Translations under genes and position numbers: made by a program | The notes under the pieces: generated by a model | The model's database searches: none | The model's input: only the letters and a program-made list of their open reading frames with translations | What the model was told of the DNA's origin: nothing | Part shown: piece by piece, positions 1 to 13,034 of the stretch | How positions within the stretch are numbered: the first letter of the stretch is position 1 | Layout: each line of letters starts with the position of its first letter | Assembly (NCBI RefSeq): GCF_002113885.1 | Contig: NW_018480074.1 | Coordinates: 434,001 to 498,000 of the forward strand | From: Mizuhopecten yessoensis | Lineage: Eukaryota | DNA: 64,000 nt | Reading direction: 5' to 3'

Positions 1-536
1 TTGCCGAGTACGTAACGTACATACAAATATGTCTGTTTGGATTTACAGATAAGAGTCATTCTAGAAATATCACTGGAGTTAAGTTTACTTTTTTCTGTCT
101 CTCGAAATATTTACACTATATATCCCTTTGTAAATACAGCACATACACGTCTAGAATCGGGCTTAGAGCATGAAAAGGGAACAAGGGAGAGGGTTTGAAC
201 TTTTCAACATGTTTATTGATATGAGTCATGTCATTCAAATGCTTATAATTCTGTACAATATAGTGTAAATTGTTTGGAAATCAAAACTATCGCATTGATT
301 TTCTTAGTATATTCGTGTGTTTTCAGACACCAATATTTATGTTTTCTTCGATTAATTGATCGTTTGCTAGCTTCATTAATTCATTCGTTCGTCCACCCGT
401 CAGTCCAATCCACCAACCCTACCTTTTATCCTTACTCTCATCCCCATCCCCATATCAATGCAACATTGTTATACTGAATCTCATACCAATTCAACCAATA
501 TCCCATCCTAATCCAATTCAATCCCCGTTACACTCC

Positions 537-2192
537 CAGTGGGAGTGATGTCTACTATAACATGTATGTGTCTCACCACTACAAACACGTGTAATAAACA
601 GCAGTGGGAGTGATGTCTACCATAACGTGTATGTGTCTCACCACTACAAACCCGTGTAATAAACAGCAGTGGGAGTGATGTCTACCATAACGTGTATGTG
701 TCTCACCACTACAAACCCGTGTAATAAACAGCAGTGGGAGTGATGTCTACTATAACGTGTATGTGTCTCACCACTACAAACCCGTGTAATAAACAGCAGT
801 GGGAGTGATGTCTACCATAACGTGTATGTGTCTCACCACTACAAACCCGTGTAATAAACAGCAGTGGGAGTGATGTCTACCATAACGTGTATGTGTCTCA
901 CCACTACAAACCCGTGTAATAAACAGCAGTGGGAGTGATGTCTACCATAACGTGTATGTGTCTCACCACTACAAACCCGTGTAATAAACAGCAGTGGGAG
1001 TGATGTCTACTATAACGTGTATGTGTCTCACCACTACAAACCCGTGTAATAAACAGCAGTGGGAGTGATGTCTACCATAACGTGTATGTGTCTCACCACT
1101 ACAAACCCGTGTAATAAACAGCAGTGGGAGTGATGTCTACTATAACGTGTATGTGTCTCACCACTACAAACCCGTGTAATAAACAGCAGTGGGAGTGATG
1201 TCTACCATAACGTGTATGTGTCTCACCACTACAAACCCGTGTAATAAACAGCAGTGGGAGTGATGTCTACTATAACGTGTATGTGTCTCACCACTACAAA
1301 CCCGTGTAATAAACAGCAGTGGGAGTGATGTCTACCATAACGTGTATGTGTCTCACCACTACAAACCCGTGTAATAAACAGCAGTGGGAGTGATGTCTAC
1401 TATAACGTGTATGTGTCTCACCACTACAAACCCGTGTAATAAACAGCAGTGGGAGTGATGTCTACCATAACGTGTATGTGTCTCACCACTACAAACCCGT
1501 GTAATAAACAGCAGTGGGAGTGATGTCTACTATAACGTGTATGTGTCTCACCACTACAAACCCGTGTAATAAACAGCAGTGGGAGTGATGTCTACCATAA
1601 CGTGTATGTGTCTCACCACTACAAACCCGTGTAATAAACAGCAGTGGGAGTGATGTCTACTATAACGTGTATGTGTCTCACCACTACAAACCCGTGTAAT
1701 AAACAGCAGTGGGAGTGATGTCTACCATAACGTGTATGTGTCTCACCACTACAAACCCGTGTAATAAACAGCAGTGGGAGTGATGTCTACTATAACGTGT
1801 ATGTGTCTCACCACTACAAACCCGTGTAATAAACAGCAGTGGGAGTAATGTCTACCATAACGTGTATGTGTTTCACCACTACAAACCGTGTAATAAACAG
1901 CAGTGGGAGTGATGTCTACTATAACATGTATGTGTCTCACCACTACAAACCTGTGTAATAAACAGCAGTGGGAGTTATTTCTACCATAACCTGTACGTGT
2001 CTCACCACTACAAACCCGTGTAATAAACTGCCGTGGGAGTGATGTCTACCATAACGTGTATGTGTCTCACCACTACAAACCCGTGTAATAAGCAGCAGTG
2101 GGAGTAATGTCTACCATAACGTGTATGTGTCTCACCACTACAAACCCGTGTAATAAACAGCCGTGGGAGTGATGACTAGTATAACGTGTATG
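537..2192. repeat. Minisatellite, 65-bp unit, ~25 copies
   Basis: Unit gcagtgggagtgatgtctacYataacgtgtatgtgtctcaccactacaaacccgtgtaataaaca recurs at 601, 666, 731 and onward; terminal copies are diverged. Confidence 0.97.
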
Positions 2193-3056
2193 AATTCAAT
2201 GGCTGAAATTGCATTTGAACGTCATGGATCATGGTTCAAGGAGATTTCTTCATGGAAGAAAACTGGAATCATGTATAATACATTGTTTCCTGGCGTATGA
2301 AGGTTCCGGTAAAAGCTGCTTCCCTAGCTCTTGATGATTTGTGAACTTCTATACGTAAATGTTACTTAAACATTTCTCCGTTACGTTTGTGTTAATTATT
2401 ACATGGACGTTTTGATAGTACTGGGCGCGTTTAAGACATTGTAAATATATATCAATTTTGGATATTGCTTATCACCCTGAAGACAATTTTCACACAACGC
2501 TGTTAAAACGCAATATATGTCCAAGGCTGTCTTCATATGACCCTGGGTGTTGAGAAGACGATAAACCTCGATCAAAGAAGGAAGAAAACAACATTGTAAG
2601 GCTGAATCGCTTGTAACACTTTTCAGCAATTTAAATTTATCCTGACACCTCGCCCCATACACGTATTCCTACCACATGCGGACAGGAATCTTTCATAAAC
2701 TTGGCATTCAGTGGGTGTGTTTATACATAGTCCCGTATTATCCAATATATTAAACAAGATTTAAATCGTATATACGCCTGGATTTATAAATATGGCGTTT
2801 TGTTTACGTTTGTGTCTACGTACAGAACATAGAAAATCTTTTATCATAGCAATACCCAGTAATGTCATATAATAATTGTTCGGTAGGTTATCTGAGGCAA
2901 AAATAAATATTCTGGAACGGTGTCTCATAATAAAGACTAGAATCTATCGCCATGAAATCTTGTTAACTATTCTCACTAAGATTAACTCTCATGTTTTTAT
3001 ATCCATTTTACATTGGTCAATATTTTGTCCCGAAGGTCAAAATTTCAGGATGTAAA

Positions 3057-3266
3057 TACTGTAAAAGTAGAAATTTTCGCGTGTGACCATTTAAACTGAT
3101 CGCGGTGTGGAAATTTTCGCGTTTGCAATAGTCCGTAAATGTGTACCGTCTTTTTATATTTTCTACATGGCTATTAACTACAAACATATTTTGTGTGTGT
3201 GAAGTGGGTGTTTTTTTATTTTGCTTATTTTCTCAAAACCGCGAAAATGTCCACTCTTACTAGTTA
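3057..3266. mobile_element. Degenerate MITE (TA-flanked, Tc1/mariner-like termini)
   Basis: Left end tactgtaaaagtagaaattttcgcg is an imperfect inverted match to right end cgcgaaaatgtccactcttactagtta; internal repeat of gaaattttcgcgt. Confidence 0.6.
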
Positions 3267-3486
3267 TGGTGTACTGGATATATTTTGATAATATCGAGCA
3301 CCAGCTACATGAAGATTCAATAATCTAACGACGTCTCTTTCGTTTAGTTTTTCCATTGCAACCGTCTAGAAAGAAGAATCTTGAGTTGTTAGGAAATTGT
3401 CTTCAACTTCACCAATGCTTTCGTTACGGATGATAAACTAGGTTAATAGTGTTCCTTAAGATACGGAACGTTGGTGACATCGAGGT

Positions 3487-4207
3487 CAAGACAATGGCTC
3501 TTCGAGAGACTGTGGTGCTCTATGTTATCAAGACAATGGCCCTTCGAGAGACTATGGTGCTCTATGTTATCAAGACAATGGCTCTTCGAGAGACTATGGT
3601 GCTCTATGTTATCAAGACAATGGCTCTTCGAGAGACTATGGTGCTCTATGTTATCAAGACAATGGCTCTTCGAGAGACTATGGTGCTCTATGTTATCAAG
3701 ACAATGGCTCTTCGAGAGACTATGGTGCTCTATGTTATCAAGACAATGGCTCTTCGAGAGACTATGGTGCTCTATGTTATCAAGACAATGGCTCTTCGAG
3801 AGACTATGGTGCTCTATGTTATCAAGACAATGGCTCTTCGAGAGACTATGGTGCTCTATGTTATCAAGACAATGGCTCTTCGAGAGACTATGGTGCTCTA
3901 TGTTATCAAGACAATGGCTCTTCGAGAGACTATGGTGCTCTATGTTATCAAGACAATGGCTCTTCGAGAGACTATGGTGCTCTATGTTATCAAGACAATG
4001 GCTCTTCGAGAGACTATGGTGCTCTATGGTATCAAGACAATGGCTCTTCGAGAGACTATGGTGCTCTATGTTATCAAGACAATGGCTCTTCGAGAGACTA
4101 TGGTGCTCTATGTTATCAAGACAATGGCTCTTCGAGAGACTATGGTGCTCTATGTTATCAAGACAATGGCTCTTCGAGAGACTATGGTGCTCTATGTTAT
4201 CAAGACA
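3487..4207. repeat. Minisatellite, 42-bp unit, ~17 copies
   Basis: Unit tcaagacaatggctcttcgagagactatggtgctctatgtta, near-identical copies; accounts for the 253-292 aa ORFs. Confidence 0.97.
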
Positions 4208-4790
4208 TGCAAATGAATACAAACAAATGTAACATACAAAGGGACAATATTCGACAGTAACACGTTGTTTTGTTAAAAACATTCGACAAGCACGATACTG
4301 AAGTACAGGAAATCCTGGCACCCCTTACGGTGTAGACACTCTGTAAAGTGTTCACTGTGACAGTAGGGGTCGGTGGTAGTATCAATACCCACTGGGAATG
4401 TCTGATACTGTGTTATCAGTATCTTGTGAGGTTAAATCGTCCAAATATAAACGTATCTCGGTCGCCGATATCGTCCAACAATTTGTTTTGTTTAGTTTGT
4501 TGCATCTCAAATATGACATCATGTGACATACAAAGACCGGAGAGAGAGAAGATAGTCGGATAAACTGAAGTCTATAGATAGTGCAGGCGTCCTACCCGGA
4601 AGATAGCCCAAACATGAAACCTGTTGCAACATAATTTATTTATGTTTTTAAAATAATGAATATCTATATTATAACAGAAGTAGTGTAATAAAATCACCTT
4701 TTCGGGAAATGCTTATTTTCTTCCCACTTTTGGACCAAAAAGATGTTACAGTCATATTTGACCAACTTTAAAGTGTAATACCTACATCTT

Positions 4791-5140
4791 AGGAGGCATG
4801 GTAGTCTAGTGGTAGGACGCCGGGCTCGTGACTGAAGGGTTGCGAGTTCGAGTCACGGCACGGCAATGTGTTGTATCTTTGAGCAAGATACTTTACTCCG
4901 CTTGTTCCAGTCTACTCAGCTGTATAGGAGTACGTGGTTGGGCAGTACTAGAAATGTAGAATGCTACCTGTGAGCGCCGACATGGCAGCACCGACTGTAT
5001 AGTCCCAAATGGGATGGAGAAAGATATCGGCTGGTTGCAAAGGCCCTATAACCACGGATAATATTTTGTGAAACGCTTTGAGACGACCAACGAACTAGGT
5101 TGTGATAAAGCGGTATATAAGAACCTCTCATTATTATTAT
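4791..5140 (+). mobile_element. Full-length tRNA-derived SINE with CORE-like body and L2-like tail
   Basis: A-box-like TGGTAGTCTAGTGG (4799-4812), B-box GAGTTCGAGTC (4844-4854), CORE-like tgtatctttgagcaagatacttt, 3' gtgaaacgctttgag...aaagcggtatataa followed by (ATT)n; possible short ATCTT target duplication. Confidence 0.85.
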
Positions 5141-8100
5141 CTTGTGCACAACGGTCATGAAAGTATACTTATATATGTTCTTTTTAGGAAGATGTTGATT
5201 CGTTTACATGAAACATCGTGGTTTTACTTCAATTTTCCTCATTGTCTCCTATTAACAACCGTTTAACTTATTAACTTACCGTCTGAAACACATACACATT
5301 CGTGTTATTAGGTTGCTATTAACTCGTGCTAACATGATATCCAACGGGAGCAATATTAATTATTTTGTTCATTACATTTTAAAACTACCTACAACGATAA
5401 GAATATTAAGTACAATAAGACAGTGAGGGATATTCTAGCATAAAATTAAACGCCATATTCTAATGACGTCATACTTGACAACTAGACTGCGCGCCATTTT
5501 GAATGTGTTGCACCGTGTAGCAACGACGTCAAACATTTCAAGAAAAAAATATCTTCTTAAGATTAAGCAGCCATAGGTGACGATAATGGCGAATTTATTT
5601 AAATGGAAACACCACGTTTTAATACCTTTTGCACATGTATTATAAGTTAAATCTGATTGCACTTGCTGGGTGCACACATGACTATGCAGATAGATAAGAT
5701 ACGATTGATCCTTAAATGAGCTACATAACCGAAATTCACACCCTTTACTGGGGTTTAGTTAGCTTCAGGAGGCGTAAAATAACATTGAAAACGACGACAA
5801 CAAACTGCATCTTACCTGTAATATTTGGAGTGGATCCATGGGTAGCATTAATACCAATACAAACACTTCTTTCTTTTAATATGAAAATGTCACTGGTTTT
5901 GTGTAATGTTCAAACTAACCAAACTTTGAATATATCTTCTACCTCATAATACAGTCGTTATCCTTACTATAATGTTGACTACGTGGTGAGAGAACCACTC
6001 AAGTTCATAATGGACAGATTTTAATGCAATGCTAAGGATTATCCTAAAATATATTATGAATGAATTGAATCGGTTTTGTGATGTTTCTTATTCAATAGAA
6101 GTAAGTTTTATATTGACAGATACGTATTTATTAAAGCATCTTCTGACTTAAATGTAGATTTACATTGATGTACCTGTATGGCTATATTGTATAATAGTGA
6201 TTACACGTCTCCGAGATATAACACTATTGGTTACAGATGAATGAGCCCTCTTTTCGCACCGCACCAACAATTTATTTTGACTGTATATCTTGATTTTACA
6301 CACAGTAAACACGCTTACAAAACTGCCTCTAGATCCTGGACAGTAGCTGACGATATGATATCACCTTGTTTTTTGGACAGGTGTAGTATCTGCAAATGTC
6401 TTTAACCTAAACAAAGGCGTGTGTGACTTTTGTGTAGGTTTGAAACAATGCGGACAGGTTGAGCCGGTTGTTTGTGTGATTTCGAGGCAGATGTGCTGTT
6501 ATCAGATCGACGACATTTTACTTCATTTGGATGTTTTAACAAAGCATCTTTACCTGAAACCGACATATGAACGCTTGCACACATGTGCTGAACACATGTA
6601 AGAGGTTATCAAGTACAAAGTTATCACAACATCGGATAAACTAAGTAATATATGCCTCTTAGGACTGCAAACTGTACGAAACGTTGGACGCTAGAGTTTG
6701 TCATTCCACTTCGAAAGTTATTTCATATAAATTTTCGGGGAAAGACTTGCATATGAAAAGCTGGGAGCTTGTTTCTTGCCTTCCCGGAGACAGAAAACAA
6801 AGAAGCACATTTATAACAGGTATGTAGTGATACCGAGTACTGTTTAAGTAATCACAGCACTGATTCAATTCTTTGAAGAAGTATTGAATTCTGAGTAAAT
6901 TAATTTGGTCGGTAATTGCATCATGTTCAATACTACAAAAGTTGAGGATCATTTCAAAACGATTTCTTACAACAATACGTCACTAAACACTTATTGTGGA
7001 GCTGAGGAGACAGGACAATGCCTGCTTGTCTCTGGTCAAAATGACATCATGTTAATTTCATGGATTATATACTATAGCCTATATAACGTTGCTTCTCTCC
7101 TTTCATCTGATATGTTAATGTTGTGCTTAAAAACAAATACCAAAATCATTTTTCTTCGTACACCTAGATGTTGTTGCACAAAAGCTTTTTGAAGAAATCT
7201 ACACCAAGATAAGTTTCATGAAACAACCTATTTTTATCCCTCTACACGATATGAAAATATGTTTTAAATTTTCCTGTCTTTGTGTGATCATGTTGAAATA
7301 TATACATCATCCAGCAGATTTACAATAATTTTGATCAAATGTCATTTCAGAAAACAGAGCCGTTAAGCTAACTAAACTTTTCAGTCCTGATAATTTTGTT
7401 TTTGTATGATTTTAAAAAGGAGAGCGAACACCTACTCCACCCCCGACTCACTCCCTAGATCAATATGTATAATTAAAATATTTTTAGATTAAAATTATAT
7501 CATAATACCAGTGTACATTATTGATCAAAAGCACTTTGTACATTTCTGAAATATACTGCTACGCATCGAGTCTCCTGAGGAGTGACACCTTAGGGTACAC
7601 TGACTTTATATTACTCAAGTACATCAGCGTTATCAACTCCCATTTGAAATTGAAACCTAGGTGTGCTCGACACCAGTGAGCATCGAATTTTTAATTAAAT
7701 GTAAACGTTCGTTTTAAGTTTGCAATTAGGGTTTATTATTTACCTCCCAGTAAACATGATATATATGTTCTAAACATGCATAGATTGAAACATGATATAC
7801 GCGAATTGCAACGGCAAACAATATGTATATCTTGACTGATACCTGACCGTATTTAATAAACTAGTTGTTAAAAATACGTGCACAATGACTTAATCACAAA
7901 GAGGTTGACATTTCAAAATTATTCATGTCAAAACAAAAATGAGGAAATGGCTTGTTTGGGGAGGTTGTTATGTTTGTTTCATACACTTGAGGCACAGATA
8001 CCTACACCGAAACATGAGATGGGGGTTACTAAATACATAAATCAATATATTATGTATAAAGTAGCTCTTCTGTTTATGTTATCAGATATGTGTGACTGAG

Positions 8101-8299
8101 GCCAGGTTTTCACATCATGTGGCATATGCAGACAATTCTCATATTTTTTTCGTATGCAATAGAGCAATGCATATTTAGATACATCTATGGTTAAGCATCA
8201 ATACTCTCCATAAAGCAACGCTCCGGGTCCAGAACACCAGGTGACATATATCAGTTTGAATGTGAATTTCAATATTATGATGGATTCCATCGAAGACCA

Positions 8300-10156
8300 C
8301 GCGAAACAATGGGCAACACTAGAGCATGCCAAACAATGGGCAACACTAGAGCATGCCAAACAATGGGCAACACTAGAGCATGCCAAACAATGGGCAAAAC
8401 TAGAGCATGCCAAACAATGGGCAAAACTAGAGCATGCCAAACAATGGGCAAAAACTAGAGCATGCCAAACAATGGGCAAAAACTAGAGCATGCCAAACAA
8501 TGGGCAAAAACTAGAGCATGCCAAACAATGGGCAAAAACTAGAGCATGCCAAACAATGGGCAAAAACTAGAGCATGCCAAACAATGGGCAAAAACTAGAG
8601 CATGCCAAACAATGGGCAAAAACTAGAGCATGCCAAACAATGGGCAAAAACTAGAGCATGCCAAACAATGGGCAAAAACTAGAGCATGCCAAACAATGGG
8701 CAAAAACTAGAGCATGCCAAACAATGGGCAAAAACTAGAGCATGCCAAACAATGGGCAAAAACTAGAGCATGCCAAACAATGGGCAAAAACTAGAGCATG
8801 CCAAACAATGGGCAAAAACTAGAGCATGCCAAACAATGGGCAAAACTAGAGCATGCCAAACAATGGGCAAAAACTAGAGCATGCCAAACAATGGGCAAAA
8901 ACTAGAGCATGCCAAACAATTGGCAAAAACTAGAGCATGCCAAACAATGGGCAAAAACTAGAGCATGCCAAACAATTGGCAAAAACTAGAGCATGCCAAA
9001 CAATGGGCAAAAACTAGAGCATGCCAAACAATGGGCAAAAACTAGAGCATGCCAAACAATTGGCAAAAACTAGAGCATGCCAAACAATGGGCAAAAACTA
9101 GAGCATGCCAAACAATGGGCAAAAACTAGAGCATGCCAAACAATTGGCAAAAACTAGAGCATGCCAAACAATGGGCAAAAACTAGAGCATGCCAAACAAT
9201 GGGCAAAAACTAGAGCATGCCAAACAATTGGCAAAAACTAGAGCATGCCAAACAATGGGCAAAAACTAGAGCATGCCAAACAATGGGCAAAACTAGAGCA
9301 TGCCAAACAATGGGCAAAAACTAGAGCATGCCAAACAATGGGCAAAAACTAGAGCATGCCAAACAATTGGCAAAAACTAGAGCATGCCAAACAATGGGCA
9401 AAAACTAGAGCATGCCAAACAATGGGCAAAACTAGAGCATGCCAAACAATGGGCAAAAACTAGAGCATGCCAACAATGGGCAAAACTAGAGCATGCCAAA
9501 CAATGGGCAAAACTAGAGCATGCCAAACAATGGGCAAAACTAGAGCATGCCAAACAATGGGCAAAAACTAGAGCATGCCAAACAATGGGCAAAAACTAGA
9601 GCATGCCAAACAATTGGCAAAAACTAGAGCATGCCAAACAATGGGCAAAAACTAGAGCATGCCAAACAATGGGCAAAACTAGAGCATGCCAAACAATGGG
9701 CAAAAACTAGAGCATGCCAACAATGGGCAAAACTAGAGCATGCCAAACAATGGGCAAAACTAGAGCATGCCAAACGATGGGCAAAACTAGAGCATGCCAA
9801 ACAATGGGCAAAAACTAGAGCATGCCAAACAATGGGCAAAAACTAGAGCATGCCAAACAATTGGCAAAAACTAGAGCATGCCAAACAATGGGCAAAAACT
9901 AGAGCATGCCAAACAATGGGCAAAACTAGAGCATGCCAAACAATGGGCAAAAACTAGAGCATGCCAACAATGGGCAAAACTAGAGCATGCCAAACAATGG
10001 GCAAAACTAGAGCATGCCAAACGATGGGCAAAACTAGAGCATGCCAAACAATGGGCAAAAACTAGAGCATGCCAAACAATGGGCAAAAACTAGAGCATGC
10101 CAAACAATTGGCAAAAACTAGAGCATGCCAAACAATGGGCAACAATAGAGCATGCC
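8300..10156. repeat. Minisatellite, 26-28-bp unit, ~65-67 copies with higher-order structure
   Basis: Unit gagcatgccaaacaatgggcaaaa(a)cta; a 247-bp block is repeated at 9377, 9624 and 9871. Confidence 0.97.
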
Positions 10157-11122
10157 GAATTGGATTCACTTTCAAAATGGGGCAAATTCAACAGATCTCA
10201 AAAAGTAATTAGCTTCTTGAAATCCAAAATGAAAACGAAACATAATCTCCATTGCTTGACATTTAACCATACTAACCGATCTGTATGATTAGGATGTAGT
10301 TGTGTCTGCGGACAAAGAACTTTATAATTTAATCCTTGTCTGCAATTTCTTTTTACATTTCCAGCTTCAAAAATGAACTAGAGGCTAGCGGGATAATCTA
10401 GGTAATCCTACTGACCCATTTTCCAATTCGTCTAAAAACGAAATTTGATTTGATTTGATCCCAAAACTTCACAAGAATCCTTATAAACAACATGCTCTCC
10501 TATTTGATCATCAAAAGCATTATCAAAACCTCTTGCGTCATTCTGAGTAATTTTTGCGTACATGGGATTTAAATTTTGAAGAATCCAAAAGATGACTTGA
10601 TCATCATTATTCAACATTTGAGTTTTCCATTCTTTAAAGTACCATAACTTATACCAAAATGAAAGAACGCATTTGCTCTACTACTATGAGAGATTTCTTT
10701 TTCTTTTTTAAAAGTCGAGGGGTGAAACACGACAAAGACTAAAATGAAATACACTGAGGATGAAATTATGAGAATGAGAAAGACCCCTGGTTGGCAATAT
10801 CTTTGTGAAATAGTTGGCAAGACTTCCTGTTCTGATTTTACTGAACTCCAACATGTTACCATTGGTCGCCCTTTGTCCTCTTCTTTCTCTTCTTTGATGT
10901 TTGTTCTGTCTTTTCAGCCCATTTGCGTTGTGCTATTTATGTCATGGTGTCATCCTATTCCGTTTTCCTTCTTACTCCGATGTTGTTGACCTTTTTGTGG
11001 ACACAGTACCGAAAGATGCACCATAGATGTCTTTATATGAAGATCTGAGATGGTGGACTGTGCGTGCAATTTGTTGTGTTCCAAGTCGCTGAACCATTCA
11101 CAGCGACTTGATGTGACTTTTA

Positions 11123-11332
11123 TAGTGGTTAAGGCGTCTGACATTCTGCTACCACTAGCCCTCCATCACTGGGTCGCGGGTTCGAGACCTACGTGGGGCA
11201 GTCGCCAGGTACTGGTCATAGGTCGATGTTTTTTCTACTAGAACTCAGGCTTCCTCCACCACCAAAACCTGGCAGGTCCTTAAATGACCATAGCTGTTAA
11301 TAGGACTTAAACCACAAACAAACCAAACCAAA
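11123..11332 (+). mobile_element. tRNA-derived SINE with V-domain-like body
   Basis: tagtggttaaggcg head, B-box GGTTCGAGACC (11179-11189), ttttttctactagaactcaggcttcctccacc (V-SINE-like), tail ccttaaatgaccatagctgttaataggacttaaac plus (AAACC)n. Confidence 0.8.
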
Positions 11333-12917
11333 GGTACAACTGTTGCACAGTTGGGCCAGGACACATCCGTCGACTTCCGAAGGCGGTGGTACGGGTTTGT
11401 AATGAGTTTGACTGACGAATGAAACACTTCGGGTAATGGAGACCTTGAACATTGCATGTCTAGGCACAGGTAAATTCTATGCCATTTTTGAAAGTAGATC
11501 CGTCCTATATCCACGCATAGAAATGGCATGGTTCTGATACAGCTTACACACCGTCTCAAAGAGAGTTTGAAGCAAATCAAACAGTAATGACATTGCCTCG
11601 TATATCGAAGTGTTCACATTTTATTTAGCCACCTTCAGTTCAGAAAAAATATATATAATAAAAAAGGCTTTGAAGTACCGGAAAGCAGCAGTGCAGTAAC
11701 CGTATGCGTTGATATATTTTTACCTACACGTCAAGATGGTCTAAACATACTTAACATACCTAATACAACTTATCCTCAGGCCCCTGTGGTTACATACTGT
11801 GTACTTAGAAGTCAAAACTGTTAAAGCCCGCGGGTGTAATGCAAGATTTATAGTCGACTATGTGTATGGGTGTCGAAAGAAAATTTCTTAAAGGGAAATG
11901 TTCTTAATTATTTTTTTAAGTTCAAACAAATATATATATAATATTCACGTGTGTCAATTACAAAATAACATACGTCACGACAATATTATCGCAGTACGCA
12001 AAAGTCTTTTTTTCTCTCTGCTTATGACGATTGTTGAAGATGTGGTGTAATTATGTATCTTATATCAATGACTGACGTACATATTTTACAAAAATTGACG
12101 GGTTTCATTTATTTGGACTGTGTATTTATGAAGCTTGAGTGCAACAATCATTGTTCCACCAATCCGTAATACTCGCTATTTTCATGGGTATTTTCCCCCT
12201 GGTAATAAATTGCCCAGGGTAATGAGACTCAATTCCAACCCCCCATCCTTGAAAATGATCCAATTGCACTATGATATATCCCCCCTGACCTCTGACCTCT
12301 GGCTCCTGGAACCTTATCCCTTTAAAACGACAAACCTGGCGAGACTGATGATGTGTGTTATCCAATATCAAATCAATGTTAAAACGTAAAGTGGGGCTAT
12401 TCCATCAGAAATGTATAACAGGGCCGACATCACATACATCTACAGGTTTGGTATACAGGCGATCAAACGTGTTCCCAAATTAGTATGTAGGTGTTAATAC
12501 TCATCAAAATACAGGTAAACATGTTAGGTCTGAATTCATCAAAATGCAGGTAAACATTTATGCTGGATCTGTATGTCATACGTATACAGTCATGGTTACT
12601 TAGCGATATATAAATGTATACTTATAAAAACATGTTTGTCAACATTCTGGTATATATGATAAACTTAAAAGTCGTCAATTTTATGAGCACACACATAGTA
12701 TTACAGTACGGTACCTGTTATCTTAACCATATTTCAAATATAGAAATCCGTTTATCCATAGAAACATATAGGCATACTAACTTCTTGTTATTCTCATCGT
12801 AACCAATTTCTTTCATTTCCTGATGCACCCCTTCCGCCCTCCCCTCCCTGATTTCTTCTTCTTCTCTTTGTCTGTTATGCTATCAAAATATATGTAACAG
12901 TGCCGTCCTACTGTCAG

Positions 12918-13034
12918 GTTTATTAATAAGGAGACGAATAGATTTAAGTTTGTACTTGTTTTCGAATCCTCTTTGTTGATTTTGTATTATTTTTTCACTG
13001 CCATATATTGAATAAAAATACTGTTTAAACTAAG
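12918..13034 (+). mobile_element. Probable LINE (CR1-like) 3' UTR remnant
   Basis: Ends atattgaataaaaatactgtttaaactaag, nearly identical to 14366-14393. The CR1 assignment is from recalled similarity only. Confidence 0.4.

Noticed and set aside
537-2192. CRISPR array (65-bp period resembles repeat plus spacer)
   Set aside because: The whole unit is repeated with no unique spacers, there are no cas genes, and the context is eukaryotic.
3443-4321. 253-292 aa ORFs on both strands
   Set aside because: They arise from a 42-bp (14-codon) tandem repeat open in three frames; no domain or convincing splice context.
4791-4865. Functional tRNA gene (also considered at 11123-11195 and 27055-27131)
   Set aside because: Stems are imperfect, and the first two continue into SINE bodies and tails.
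5808-5850. First exon of a minus-strand gene (MLPMDPLQILQ|gtaag)
   Set aside because: The donor is good, but I could not link a recognisable downstream exon; insufficient support.
8198-10288. Cys/His-rich repeats (AHCLAC) as zinc-finger or metallothionein protein
   Set aside because: Monomers of 26-28 bp shift the frame constantly; this is a satellite.
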